NCBI GenBank assembly: GCA_965224485.1
Contig: CBDCZH010000013.1
Coordinates: 1-64,000 of the forward strand
From: Arcobacteraceae bacterium
GTDB taxonomy: Bacteria; Campylobacterota; Campylobacteria; Campylobacterales; Arcobacteraceae
DNA length: 64,000 nt
Direction of reading: 5' to 3'
Below the pieces are notes generated by a model that was given only the letters and a program-made list of their open reading frames with translations, had not been told where the DNA came from and ran no database searches. The translations under genes were made by a program, and so were the position numbers. Below, piece by piece: positions 21,306 through 31,460 of the stretch. Positions within the stretch are counted from its first letter, which is position 1; each line of letters opens with the position of its first letter.

Positions 21306-21358
21306 ACTGTAGGTTACAGTAATATTAAAATTTTAGAAAAAAGAATTACAAGCTAAAT

Positions 21359-21381
21359 AAAAAGAGGATTTTCCTCTTTTT
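21359..21381 (+). terminator. Terminator hairpin after mrp
   Basis: AAAAAGAGGA-TTT-TCCTCTTTTT. Confidence 0.7.
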
Positions 21382-21453
21382 ATCCTTCTTTAAACCTTCA
21401 AATAAATAAACCTCTTTATTGTTATAATAAACATATCTAAAAAGAAAAGGCTT

Positions 21454-21807
21454 ATGATGAATATGCAAAAAATACAAAACTTAATAAAAGAGTTCTCAAA
21501 ACAAAGAGATTGGGATAAATTCCACAATCCTAAAAATCTTGCAATGGCACTAAGTGTTGAAACAAGTGAACTTCTTGAGATTTTTCAATGGCTTAGTTTA
21601 GAAGAATCATCGAATCTTAGTGAAGATAAAAAAGAGCATTTAAGAGAAGAAATAGCAGATGTTGCTGTTTATTTATTACGAATTTGTAGCTCTTATGATA
21701 TAAATTTAGAAGATGCCATAGTTGATAAAATGAAAAAAAATGAACTTAAATATCCTCTTTTTACAAAAGAAGGTAAAAAGATTTTATATGAAAAAAATAA
21801 AATATAA
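21454..21807 (+). CDS. MazG-like nucleotide pyrophosphohydrolase (DCTPP1/RS21-C6 type)
   Basis: RDWDKFHNPKNLAMALSVETSELLEIFQW and EEIADV motifs. Confidence 0.92.
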   Translation: MMNMQKIQNLIKEFSKQRDWDKFHNPKNLAMALSVETSELLEIFQWLSLEESSNLSEDKKEHLREEIADVAVYLLRICSSYDINLEDAIVDKMKKNELKYPLFTKEGKKILYEKNKI

Positions 21808-21970
21808 AGAAAAATTTTCTTATGTTTATAAAAATAAACATTCTTTTATTTTAGAAAAGCCATTAAATGTGGTTTTATATCACTCTTTATAATTACTTTT
21901 AAATTAATAACAATTATTTTTGCAAAATAATGATATTTCTTATATAATGATATTATCTATTGAAGAGGGA

Positions 21971-24033
21971 ATGATGAAGCATTTATATATAAGAAATAGC
22001 AGTGATAATATTCAAGCCATACGGATAGAAAGAACGACCTCTTTAGAGATTAAAAGAGGGGATAAACTATTCTTTAATAATGAGGACAATTCTTTTTATT
22101 TTAAAATGCTAAACAATAATCAAGATTTACGATTGTATTTAGAAATAATGAAGATAAAGTAATTTCCTTTCACCTTAAAAATATACTAAATTTAATTAGT
22201 GAAAATTCTCAAGAAAACCAAGATAATATAACTAGCATTATTATTGTAAATAATCAAAAAGGATTAGATATTGTAAATGATAGATTATATGATTTAGAAT
22301 TAGATGATAAAAGTATTATTAATCAATTGCAAAATTTATTTGAATTAGGTAAGCAAAAAGATGGTTACTTATTTGATAATTTAAAAAATTTTTCAACATA
22401 TTTAAAAAATTCAGTTCTTAATCCAACTATAAATTACCAAATATCAAAGCATGCTAATAGTGATGAATTTATTTATAAGGATATTAGGGAAAAAATAGCT
22501 AAAGCAGAAATAGAAGAAGAACATGCAATAGAAAAACAAGAAAAAGTATATAGAAATAAAGAAGCATTAAAACAATATAAGCATAGAGAACAACCTGATG
22601 TTGAAGAACCTGATAAAGAATATAAAGCAGGAAAAAAAGAAGAACCAATAGACGAAAATAGGCATTTTGCTGGAACAAATGGAAATGATACTTATCATGG
22701 AGGAAGTGGAAATGATAACATTCACGGACAAAAAGGTACAGATTCTTTATATGGAGAAGCTGGCAATGATAAAATCTATGGAGAGAATGGAAATGATAAA
22801 ATTTATGGTGGTGTAGGAAATGACACAATAAATGGAGGAAAGGGTAATGATGAACTTTATGGTGGAGAAGGAAGTGATTTTATAAAGGGTGATGTCGGTG
22901 ATGATAAAATTTATGGTGGAGAAGGAAATGACATATTAAAAGGGGATGATGGAGATGATACTATATATGGAGGAGCAGGAAACGATATAGTTTATGCAGG
23001 AAGAGATAAGGATACAATTTATGCAGGAGAGGGGAATGATACTTTAGTTGGGGGTAATGGTTCTGATACAGTAGTCTTTTCTGGAAATTTATCTGATTAT
23101 ACTTTTTGTAAAAATGGTAATAAGATAATTGTTACAGATATAAGAGCTGGAAGCCCTGATGGAGTAGATACTATTACAGAAGTAGAAAAGTTCAAATTTG
23201 TTGATGGAACAATACCTTCTTCTAGTGTTACTTTCTTATCAACACCTCTCGTACTTGATTTAGATAATGATGGAATAGAAACACTTTCTTTCTTAAATGG
23301 AGTTACCTTTGATATTGATGCAGATGGAGATGGAGATATTACAGGATGGGTAGGTTCTGATGATGCTTTTTTAGTACGAGATATTAATAAAGATAGTATT
23401 ATAAATGATGCCAGTGAACTCTTTGGGCAAGAAACATTAAAAGAAGATGGAACAACTGCAAGTAATGGTTTTGAAGCCTTAGCTCAACTTGACTCAAATA
23501 ATGATGGTCTTATAAATTCAAAAGATGATGCTTTTGATGAACTTCAAGTTTGGAAAGATTCAAACTCTAATGGTATTACAGAGGAAGGTGAACTATTGTC
23601 TTTATATGAAGCAGGAGTAGCTGAAATATCTTTAGAGTCAAAAGAGTCAAGTGCAGTAGATAATAATAATCTTCTTAGCTTAGAAGGAACATATACTAAT
23701 ACAGAGGGACAAAAACAAAATATAACAGATGTTTGGTTTTCTTATGAAGAAAACAATCAAGAGCAAACGATTGATTTAAGCTCAAATAATATAAATACTA
23801 AGACTAGGTATATAGAGAATGATAGTATAGAAATAAATTTTGAAGAATTTATTTTAATAAATGAAGATGCTAACGAATATATTTTTTTAGAAGAAGAAAC
23901 TACTTATATTCAAGAAGTAAATGAAGTTTTTTATAATAAAGAAGAAAATCTTAGCTTCGATAGCTATCAAGATTCAAATTCTTTATCTTATGTTAATATA
24001 ATTATGAATGAGATAGATATTCAAGATATTTAA
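21971..24033 (+). CDS. RTX calcium-binding protein with a C-terminal FrpC-like self-processing-module domain; one frameshift at about 22143-22145
   Basis: GAGGGA SD then ATG 21971; one extra A fuses the 80-aa and 568-aa ORFs; 15 nonapeptide repeats; PLVLDLDNDGIE...GWV...ELFG...GFEALAQLDSN domain. Confidence 0.85.
22672..23076 (+). repeat. 15 tandem RTX GGxGxDxxx nonapeptide (27-bp) repeats
   Basis: Counted in the translation from GTNGNDTYH to GGNGSDTVV. Confidence 0.92.
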
Positions 24034-24060
24034 TAATACAAAAATATCTAAAACTTTATA

Positions 24061-24744
24061 TTATTTTTCTTCTCTTGAGTTTTTCTCATCAATTCCAGAT
24101 AAATTAAATCTTCTAGCTAACTCATCTTTTACTTGTTCTGGATCTATGTTTTTACTAGCAAGTGCTACGAACATATGATATACAATATCAGCAGCTTCAT
24201 AAACAATCTCTTTTTTATCATTATCTTTTATAGCAAAAGTAAATTCACCAGCTTCTTCTACGATTTTTTTAAGCATAGAGTTCTCTTTGCCTTGTAAAAG
24301 TTTAGCAGTATATGATTTTGTAGGGTCTTCATGTTTACGTTCTTGTATAGTATGGTATAAGTTGCTTAAAACTCCATAAGAACTCTTCGTATCAACTTCT
24401 ACATGGCTTATAATTTCATTACTTTGTAAGTCTGTAAAAAAACAAGATTTTCTTCCCGTATGACAAGCAACTCCTGTTTGTACAACTTTTAATAAAATAG
24501 TATCATTATCACAATCAATCATAATATTTTTAACTTCTTGAAAATGTCCAGAACTCTCACCTTTTTTCCAGATTCTTTGTCTTGATCTTGAAAAGTAGTG
24601 GGCTTGTTTTGTGCTTAAAGTTAAATCTAGTGCTTCTTTATCCATATAAGCTAACATTAGAACTTCATTTGTTGAAACTTCTTGTGTAATAACTGGAATC
24701 AAATTATTCATTTTTTTCCAATCTATTTTATCTATTGTACTCAT
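24061..24744 (-). CDS. hisIE: Bifunctional phosphoribosyl-AMP cyclohydrolase / phosphoribosyl-ATP diphosphatase
   Basis: YFSRSRQRIWKKGESSGH, DCDND, ACHTGRKSCF, KIVEEAGE, EAADIVYH. Confidence 0.97.
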   Translation of the reverse strand: MSTIDKIDWKKMNNLIPVITQEVSTNEVLMLAYMDKEALDLTLSTKQAHYFSRSRQRIWKKGESSGHFQEVKNIMIDCDNDTILLKVVQTGVACHTGRKSCFFTDLQSNEIISHVEVDTKSSYGVLSNLYHTIQERKHEDPTKSYTAKLLQGKENSMLKKIVEEAGEFTFAIKDNDKKEIVYEAADIVYHMFVALASKNIDPEQVKDELARRFNLSGIDEKNSREEK

Positions 24745-24823
24745 TTTTTTGATCCTATGTAGTTTAATGTAAAACTGGCAAGTATAAAAATACTTACCAG
24801 TTAAAGTTTTTTAAATATTAAAT

Positions 24824-25915
24824 CTAATTGTTTATAGAAGCATCTCTTGCTGTACTTTTTGTGTCAACCCAAATATTTGGAGTTGAACCACCAGGAGTTA
24901 AGAAGATTTTTGCATCTTTATTAACTTTAAGAGCTTCGTTAAATTTACCTTGAACTGCAATTTGTTGCATTTTAAGTAAATTAGTAGTTAACGATTGTGA
25001 AATAACTTTATTTGCATAAGCTTGAGCTTTTGCTTCAATAGTAACAGCATCAGCTATACCTTTAGCTTCAATTCTTTTAGCTTGAGCAGTACCTATTGCT
25101 AAAGCAGCTTTTTTCTCAGCTTCTTGTCTAGCACGTGCAACTTCATATTTTACTCTCTCAGCTTCTTGATTAGCTATTTGAACTCTCTCAATTTGATCTC
25201 TAATTTTTTGAGGAAGTACAATTTCTCTTAATTGAACAGATAAAAGTGCAACTGGTTGCCCTTCTAAAGCTTCGATATTAGTTCTAACACCATTCTCAAC
25301 TTTTGTAGCAATTTCATTTCTTTTAGTAGGTAATTCTTCTGCTGTATAACTTCCAACTACATTTCTAACTATATCTCTTACAACAGGGTTAATAATTTTA
25401 TCTTCCCAAGAAAGTCCCCAGTTAGCAATAGTATTAGGTGCTCCATCAGCTGTTAGTCTATACTGAACAGTTAATTCAATAGAAACAGGTAAACCTCTTG
25501 CATCTAAAATAGAAATTGCAGGATTAACTCTAATTCCAGAATCAAAACCACTAATATCTTCAATTGTTTTATAGTTCATAAGTCTTACTTTTGTATCAAC
25601 TATAATAACTTTTTGAACAAAAGGAATAAATAAGTGAAAACCTGGTCTTAATGGCTCTTCATTGTATTTACCAGTTGTAACTATAATTCCAACTTGTCCT
25701 GATTCTACAATTACAAAAGGTTTAAAAACAAAAAGTGCTGCAATTAAAATAATTCCTACATATACAAATCCTGCTTTTTTCCCTAAGTTTTTTAAAAACT
25801 CTGGTGGCTCAAAAGGTGGTTGATAGTTTCCACCACCTCCATTGTTTGAGCCTCCATTAGAGCCTCCACCTTCTTGCTTTTGTCTATTTTTAAAATAATC
25901 ATTATCTATTGGCAT
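24824..25915 (-). CDS. SPFH/prohibitin family membrane protein
   Basis: Gly-rich N-terminus, single TM, PGFHLFIPFVQ, LREIVLP..I...IE..Q.A.QEAER coiled coil. Confidence 0.93.
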   Translation of the reverse strand: MPIDNDYFKNRQKQEGGGSNGGSNNGGGGNYQPPFEPPEFLKNLGKKAGFVYVGIILIAALFVFKPFVIVESGQVGIIVTTGKYNEEPLRPGFHLFIPFVQKVIIVDTKVRLMNYKTIEDISGFDSGIRVNPAISILDARGLPVSIELTVQYRLTADGAPNTIANWGLSWEDKIINPVVRDIVRNVVGSYTAEELPTKRNEIATKVENGVRTNIEALEGQPVALLSVQLREIVLPQKIRDQIERVQIANQEAERVKYEVARARQEAEKKAALAIGTAQAKRIEAKGIADAVTIEAKAQAYANKVISQSLTTNLLKMQQIAVQGKFNEALKVNKDAKIFLTPGGSTPNIWVDTKSTARDASINN

Positions 25916-26051
25916 AAAATTCCTTTATTTTTTTTAATATTGTCTTCTTCTCTTGAAGCACAAAATAGTAAACAAAATATTATATTTACTTTTCTGTACT
26001 TCAAAGAAGTAGATTTATATTCTTCTACTTCTTTTTACTTTTTTTTAAAAC

Positions 26052-26972
26052 TTAGTTTATATATGTTAAATCTTTTAAATATTTTTCATTTTTACCTGCA
26101 ACTACATCAAAATATGCACTTTGTAAGATTTCTGTAATTGGTCCTCTTTCTCCACATCCAATTATTCTAGCATCAATATCTCTAATTGGAGTAACTTCAA
26201 CAGCTGTTCCTGTAAAAAAAGCTTCATCTGCTATATAAACTTCTTCTCTTGTTAGTCTTCTTCTAACAACTTCATAACCTAAATCAAGTGCAAGTTCAAT
26301 TACAGTTGCTTGAGTAATTGATTCAAGTGAGTTGTCATTTGGAGGAGTAATTATAACCCCATCACGAACTATAAAAAAACAAGCTCCAGAAGCTTCAGCT
26401 ATATAACCTTGGTCATCTCTTAAAAGAGCTTCATCATATCCACACTCAACTGCTTCAAATTTTGCCATTTGAGAGTTAAGATAATTAGCAACTGATTTTG
26501 CTTTTCCCATTCCAGAAGTATTTGAATTTCTTGTCATTGATGCTATCTTAACTCGAACACCTTTTTTAAGACCCTCATCACCTAAATAAGCTCCCCATTC
26601 CCAAGCAGAAATAGAAACATTTACAGGAGCTTCTTTATGATAAAGTCCCATAACTCCATAACCTAAATATACCAAAGGTCTTATATAAGCACCATCAAAT
26701 AATTCATTCTCTTGCAATAGTTTAACTTGAGCATCATTTAACTCATCTTGAGTAAAAGGAATATCTAATAAAGTCATTTTAGAAGAAGCAAATAATCTTT
26801 TTGTATGCTCTTTTAATTTAAAAATAGCACATCTACCATCAACTGTTTTATATGCTTTAGTACCTTCAATAGCACCATTTCCATAATGTAAAGTGTGGCT
26901 AAGTACGTGAACTTTAGCATCAGCCCATGCTACAAGTTTACCGTCCATCCAGATATATTTTGCTTCTGTCAT
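26052..26972 (-). CDS. ilvE: Branched-chain amino acid aminotransferase
   Basis: HTLHYG, YIRP, AKSVANYLNS, GYDEALL, FFTGTAVEVTP. Confidence 0.97.
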   Translation of the reverse strand: MTEAKYIWMDGKLVAWADAKVHVLSHTLHYGNGAIEGTKAYKTVDGRCAIFKLKEHTKRLFASSKMTLLDIPFTQDELNDAQVKLLQENELFDGAYIRPLVYLGYGVMGLYHKEAPVNVSISAWEWGAYLGDEGLKKGVRVKIASMTRNSNTSGMGKAKSVANYLNSQMAKFEAVECGYDEALLRDDQGYIAEASGACFFIVRDGVIITPPNDNSLESITQATVIELALDLGYEVVRRRLTREEVYIADEAFFTGTAVEVTPIRDIDARIIGCGERGPITEILQSAYFDVVAGKNEKYLKDLTYIN

Positions 26973-27136
26973 TACTTAAATCCTAAATATCTTTATTTTT
27001 TAGATTATATTTTATCCAAGATTTGATTAAAATATCGCATATAAGCTTCTTCTTATATATCAAAACTAGGAAAATAAAATGAAAATTTATTTAAAGTTTT
27101 TTTGATATGATAAATTAATTAAAAATAAGGGCGAAA

Positions 27137-27739
27137 ATGACTCAAAGAGAATTATGGAATAAAAAGTTTTCAAAAGAAGAGTATTTGTATGGAAAAGAAG
27201 AAAATGAGTTTTTAAGCTGTGAGTATAAAAATTTCTCAAAAGCTAGTTCTCTTTTATGTGCAGGTGAAGGTGAGGGGAGAAATGCAGTTTTTTTAGCAAA
27301 AAAGGGTTTTAAAATTACTGCTATTGATGCTTCAAATATTGCCTTAGAAAAACTTGATAAACTTGCTCTTAGAGAAGATGTAAAAGTAAATACACTTTGT
27401 ATTGATTTAAATGACTGGATAGTAAAAGAAAAATATGATTCTTGTCTTATCTCTTTTTTGCACTTAAATAAAGAAGAAAAAGTAAAAATACTAAGAAAAA
27501 TAGAAAACTCTTTAGAAAAAGATGCTTTTTTACTAATGGAAGTATTTTCAAAAAAACAGTTAAATTATAGTAGTGGTGGACCTAAAGATGAAGACCTTTT
27601 ATACTCAATAAAAGAGATAAAAGATGCTTTTCTAAATTGTACTTTTCATAAACTAGAAGAACTTGAAGTAAGTCTTGATGAAGGAAGAGGACATCAAGGG
27701 AAAGCTAGTGTTATAAGAGTGATAGCACAAAAAAAATAG
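27137..27739 (+). CDS. Class I SAM-dependent methyltransferase (TehB-like)
   Basis: YLYG...N.FL, GEGEGRNAVFLA, SGGP motifs. Confidence 0.9.
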   Translation: MTQRELWNKKFSKEEYLYGKEENEFLSCEYKNFSKASSLLCAGEGEGRNAVFLAKKGFKITAIDASNIALEKLDKLALREDVKVNTLCIDLNDWIVKEKYDSCLISFLHLNKEEKVKILRKIENSLEKDAFLLMEVFSKKQLNYSSGGPKDEDLLYSIKEIKDAFLNCTFHKLEELEVSLDEGRGHQGKASVIRVIAQKK

Positions 27740-27750
27740 TAGCATATAAA

Positions 27751-27765
27751 TGCGACTAAGTTGCA
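27751..27765 (+). promoter_or_regulatory. Operator box TGCGACTAAGTTGCA upstream of ribA (putative Zur-type site)
   Basis: Imperfect palindrome identical to two boxes upstream of znuA; precedes the extended -10 TGATAAAAT at 27779-27787. Confidence 0.75.
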
Positions 27766-27813
27766 AATAAGATTATTTTGATAAAATAAATTAAAAAAAG
27801 TGAATATTTAAAT

Positions 27814-28377
27814 ATGAATTTAGAAATATCAAAAACAGCAAATCTTCCTACAGAATATGGAAATTTTAAAATACAATCTTTTAAGCAAAAAGATAAAGAA
27901 CATTTAGTTGTATATACAAAAAAAATTCCAGATATTCCAAGTGTTAGAATTCATTCTGAGTGCATGACAGGAGATGTATTCAAAAGTTTAAAATGTGATT
28001 GTGGAAAACAATTAGATTTTGCACTAAAAAGAATATTTAAAGATGGTGGAATGCTAATTTATCTTAGACAAGAAGGAAGAGGAATAGGACTTTTTAATAA
28101 GGTGAATGCTTACTCCTTACAAGACTTAGGTCATGATACAATTAAGGCAAATGAACTTTTAGGTTTTAAAGAAGATTATAGAAACTATGATGTAGTAGAT
28201 GAAATTTTTAAGTATTTTAATATAAAAAAAATAAATTTGATGACAAATAATCCCTTAAAATTAACTTCCTTAAAAGAAGTAAAAATTGAAAAAAGAATAA
28301 AAATAATTATGAGCCATAACGATTGGAATAAAAAGTATTTAACTATTAAAAAAGAGAAGATGGGTCACTTATTATAA
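27814..28377 (+). CDS. ribA: GTP cyclohydrolase II
   Basis: RIHSECMTGDVFKSLKCDCG, YLRQEGRGIGL.NK..AY.LQD, LMTNNP.K. Confidence 0.96.
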   Translation: MNLEISKTANLPTEYGNFKIQSFKQKDKEHLVVYTKKIPDIPSVRIHSECMTGDVFKSLKCDCGKQLDFALKRIFKDGGMLIYLRQEGRGIGLFNKVNAYSLQDLGHDTIKANELLGFKEDYRNYDVVDEIFKYFNIKKINLMTNNPLKLTSLKEVKIEKRIKIIMSHNDWNKKYLTIKKEKMGHLL

Positions 28378-28388
28378 TAGGAAAAAGA

Positions 28389-29216
28389 TTAAATCTTTTT
28401 CCTATTATGTTTTAATTTGATAATAAAGTCAAATATAACAATACTAAACATACAAATAGAACTAACTAAAATTATTGAAGGTCCAGAGCTTAAATCAAAA
28501 TTGTAAGATATAGCTAATCCAAGTATTGTAAATACCATTGAGAACAGGGCTGAACTTATCATTATTGAAAATAAAGTATTGCAAAATCTTTGAGATATAT
28601 ATATAGGAATAGTTAATAAGGCAATTACTAAAATAATTCCAACAATTTTTATAGAAATTACAATACATAAAGCTGATAAAATAAGTATTAGTATATAAAA
28701 GAATTTTGTATGTATTCCTCTTAATCTTGCATACTCACTATCATAAGAAACGGCTAAAATATCCCTATAAAAAAACAGCAAAATAAAAATTATAAAAGTA
28801 AGTAAAATTAACATAAATAAAATATCATCATTACTTACAGCTAATATTGAACCAAATAAATAGCTCATTAAATTAGTATTATACCCTGGTGTTAAATCAA
28901 CAAGCAAAATACCAATTGACATTCCAATTGCCCAAGTTAAACCAATAATAGTATCAAGGTTTTCTCTTTTTTGATATGTTAGAAGAGCTATTAAAATTGT
29001 TATGATTACAGAAAATACTGTAGTAGATAAAAGCATAGGTAAAGAGAAATAAATAGAAAAACCAATTCCTCCATAAGCACTATGTGCAATTCCTCCTGAA
29101 AGAAAGACCATTTTGTTTACAACAATTAGTGAGCCTATAATACCAGTTATAATACTAATTAAAATACCTGCAATTATTGCATTTTGAATGAATGTATATG
29201 TTAATGCTTCTAACAT
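28389..29216 (-). CDS. znuB: Zn/Mn ABC transporter permease
   Basis: GIAHSAYGG, SYLFGSIL, VGIILVIALLTIP; in an operon with znuC/znuA. Confidence 0.92.
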   Translation of the reverse strand: MLEALTYTFIQNAIIAGILISIITGIIGSLIVVNKMVFLSGGIAHSAYGGIGFSIYFSLPMLLSTTVFSVIITILIALLTYQKRENLDTIIGLTWAIGMSIGILLVDLTPGYNTNLMSYLFGSILAVSNDDILFMLILLTFIIFILLFFYRDILAVSYDSEYARLRGIHTKFFYILILILSALCIVISIKIVGIILVIALLTIPIYISQRFCNTLFSIMISSALFSMVFTILGLAISYNFDLSSGPSIILVSSICMFSIVIFDFIIKLKHNRKKI

Positions 29217-29959
29217 CTACATTTTCCTAACATTTCTAAAAGCTCAATTTCACAAATATTAGCTTCCATATTTTTAAAAGAATTTTTCATTTTTGATAAA
29301 TCATGATAACTTAGCCTTTTATTTATATACACAGCCTTAGAAGCATATTTTAAAACAATGGATATGTCATGGCTAATTACAACTATAGTTATACTTTTAT
29401 TTAGTTCAGCAAGTACTTTATAAATTTGTTCTCTACCAGCTATATCAATATTAGATGTTGGCTCATCTAAAAGTAAAATTTTTGGATTACAAAATAGTGC
29501 CCTTGCTATTAAAACTCTTTGTCTTTGCCCTCCTGAAAGGCTTGAAATTTTTGAGTTTACAAATTCTTCCATATTTACTTTTTTTAAAACTTCTCTTGCT
29601 TTTATCTTTTCATCTTTTTTATAACCAAAAAATCTTTTTTTAATATCATTTTGTCCCATCATTACAACTTCAATTGCACTTATTGGAAAAGTTAGATTTA
29701 TATTTGTATTTTGAGGAACATAAGAAATATTATGAAGTTCATTTATTAGTTTATTTCCAAAGATTCTTATATCTCCTTCTTCAAAAGCATTAATTCCTAA
29801 GATAAGCTTTAAAAGTGTAGTTTTCCCTCCTCCATTTGGTCCTAAAATTGCTAAAAAATCTTTTTGCTTAATTTGTAAGTTTATATCTTCTAAAACAAAC
29901 TCTTTTTCGTATTTGAAAAAAAGTTTGCTAATAGAAATTATATTACTTGTTGTTTGCAA
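29210..29959 (-). CDS. znuC: Zn/Mn ABC transporter ATP-binding protein
   Basis: GPNGGGKTT, YVPQ, LSGGQRQR, LLLDEP. Confidence 0.92.
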   Translation of the reverse strand: MQTTSNIISISKLFFKYEKEFVLEDINLQIKQKDFLAILGPNGGGKTTLLKLILGINAFEEGDIRIFGNKLINELHNISYVPQNTNINLTFPISAIEVVMMGQNDIKKRFFGYKKDEKIKAREVLKKVNMEEFVNSKISSLSGGQRQRVLIARALFCNPKILLLDEPTSNIDIAGREQIYKVLAELNKSITIVVISHDISIVLKYASKAVYINKRLSYHDLSKMKNSFKNMEANICEIELLEMLGKCRC

Positions 29960-31220
29960 TTGAATTTGCCATTTTAATTAGATTTTGTGACCAGTTTTTT
30001 GCAAGAGGTGTCTCTTTTAAGACTTTTATATTTAATTCTTGCGCTATTACTCTTGCACTTTTATCTGAAAATTCAGTTTGTGTAAATATTGCTTTTACAT
30101 TTTCTTTTCTGGCTTGTTTTATAATTTTTTGAAGCATTTTGGGTTTTACTTCTTTTCCTTCAACTTCAATTACTAATTGCTCTAATCCATATTCTTTAGC
30201 AAAATATCCCCAAGATGGGTGAAATACCATAAACTTAGAATTTGCGTTTAGAACAGATAAAATCTTTTTGATTTTTTTATCAGTTTGATTTATCTCTTTT
30301 AGAAAGTTTATATAATTAGTTTTGTAATAGTTTTTATTTTTTTCATCAAATGTAACTAAAGCATTATAAATATTTTTTGCCATTATTTTTACGTTTGCAG
30401 GGCTTGTCCAAGTATGAGGATCTTTCCCTCCATGCTCTTCTTCTTGTGAACTAGAACTTGCTTCAATGTCATTTTTTAATTCATCTTTGAAATAATGTTC
30501 ATCTGCTTCAAATTCACTTGGCATATGTTCTGTAAAAAATAGATATTTTCCTTCTTTTTTTATTTTAATTTTAAAAGATGTCTTATTTTTACTTTCATTA
30601 AAATTTAATTCGTAAAATGAATTATTTGTTTTTAATAAGTCACCATTCTTTGCTACTATTGTTTTATTATGTTCAAATATATTTTCAGCAATTTCTTCAT
30701 AACTGTGAATTAAATCATCACTTTTTTTATTTGCTTTTATAATTAACATTTTCATTTTAGGATCTGCGTATTTCCCTTGAACTTTTGAAAAACTCCAAGT
30801 ATAAGTTCCTTTTTTTAAATTAAATGCTCCTGCCCACTCATAAGGTGAGTCTTCATCTGCATGAGTGCTCTCATGTGAATCATGATGGTGATGATGTCCT
30901 GCCATTTTTAGCAGCTCTATATCTTTTGCCATTTCAATAAATTTCATCTTTTTATTTTGTGTGGCAAATTTAGCTAACCATGTATTTTCAAATTCTAAAC
31001 CAATAGGAAAATATATATCTGCTTTTGATATATTTTTCATTTGTGAAGGTTTTGGCTCATATGAATGAGGTTCACTTCCTGGTCTTACCATTGTGCTTAC
31101 GCTAACTTTATTTCCTCCTATTTTTTCAACAAAAGTTTGTTGAGGTAAAATACTTACTACTATATTTGTTTGCCCATAAACAAAATTTAATAATAAAGAT
31201 AATGAAATTAATAATCTCAT
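29943..31220 (-). CDS. znuA: Zinc ABC transporter substrate-binding protein with His-rich loop and an inserted domain
   Basis: PHSYEP, DPHTW, FHPSWGYF cluster A-I ligands; HHHHHDSHESTH; about 130 extra residues before DPHTW. Confidence 0.92.
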   Translation of the reverse strand: MRLLISLSLLLNFVYGQTNIVVSILPQQTFVEKIGGNKVSVSTMVRPGSEPHSYEPKPSQMKNISKADIYFPIGLEFENTWLAKFATQNKKMKFIEMAKDIELLKMAGHHHHHDSHESTHADEDSPYEWAGAFNLKKGTYTWSFSKVQGKYADPKMKMLIIKANKKSDDLIHSYEEIAENIFEHNKTIVAKNGDLLKTNNSFYELNFNESKNKTSFKIKIKKEGKYLFFTEHMPSEFEADEHYFKDELKNDIEASSSSQEEEHGGKDPHTWTSPANVKIMAKNIYNALVTFDEKNKNYYKTNYINFLKEINQTDKKIKKILSVLNANSKFMVFHPSWGYFAKEYGLEQLVIEVEGKEVKPKMLQKIIKQARKENVKAIFTQTEFSDKSARVIAQELNIKVLKETPLAKNWSQNLIKMANSIANNK

Positions 31221-31241
31221 AAATATACTCCTTTGAATTAT

Positions 31242-31301
31242 TGCAACTTAGTCGCATTAAGGAATATTAGTGAAAATTATATTAAATGCAACTTAGTCGC
31301 A
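31242..31301 (-). promoter_or_regulatory. Two TGCGACTAAGTTGCA operator boxes flanking the znuA -10 element
   Basis: Boxes at 31242-31256 and 31287-31301; TATAAT on the minus strand at 31276-31281. Confidence 0.8.
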
Positions 31302-31460
31302 ATTATTATGATTAATTTTACGTATTAGTAAAATCACTTTATTTATTAATATTAATATTTATAATAAGATACAGGTATATTTTGGTCTTAACAAATTTTT
31401 AACAAAAATTTAAATAGACTATTCTAAATATATAAAAAATAATCAACTACAGAGAAGAGT

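Noticed and set aside
21454..21807. MazG-like gene as an anti-phage nucleotide-depletion system
   Set aside because: Stand-alone house-cleaning-type enzyme with no defence-like partners adjacent
25874..26137. 87-aa plus-strand ORF from the track
   Set aside because: Overlaps ilvE and the SPFH gene in antisense and runs through hairpins; no SD; likely spurious
31302..31460. Cobalamin or SAM riboswitch ahead of metH
   Set aside because: The region is very AT-rich with no recognisable aptamer core or stems
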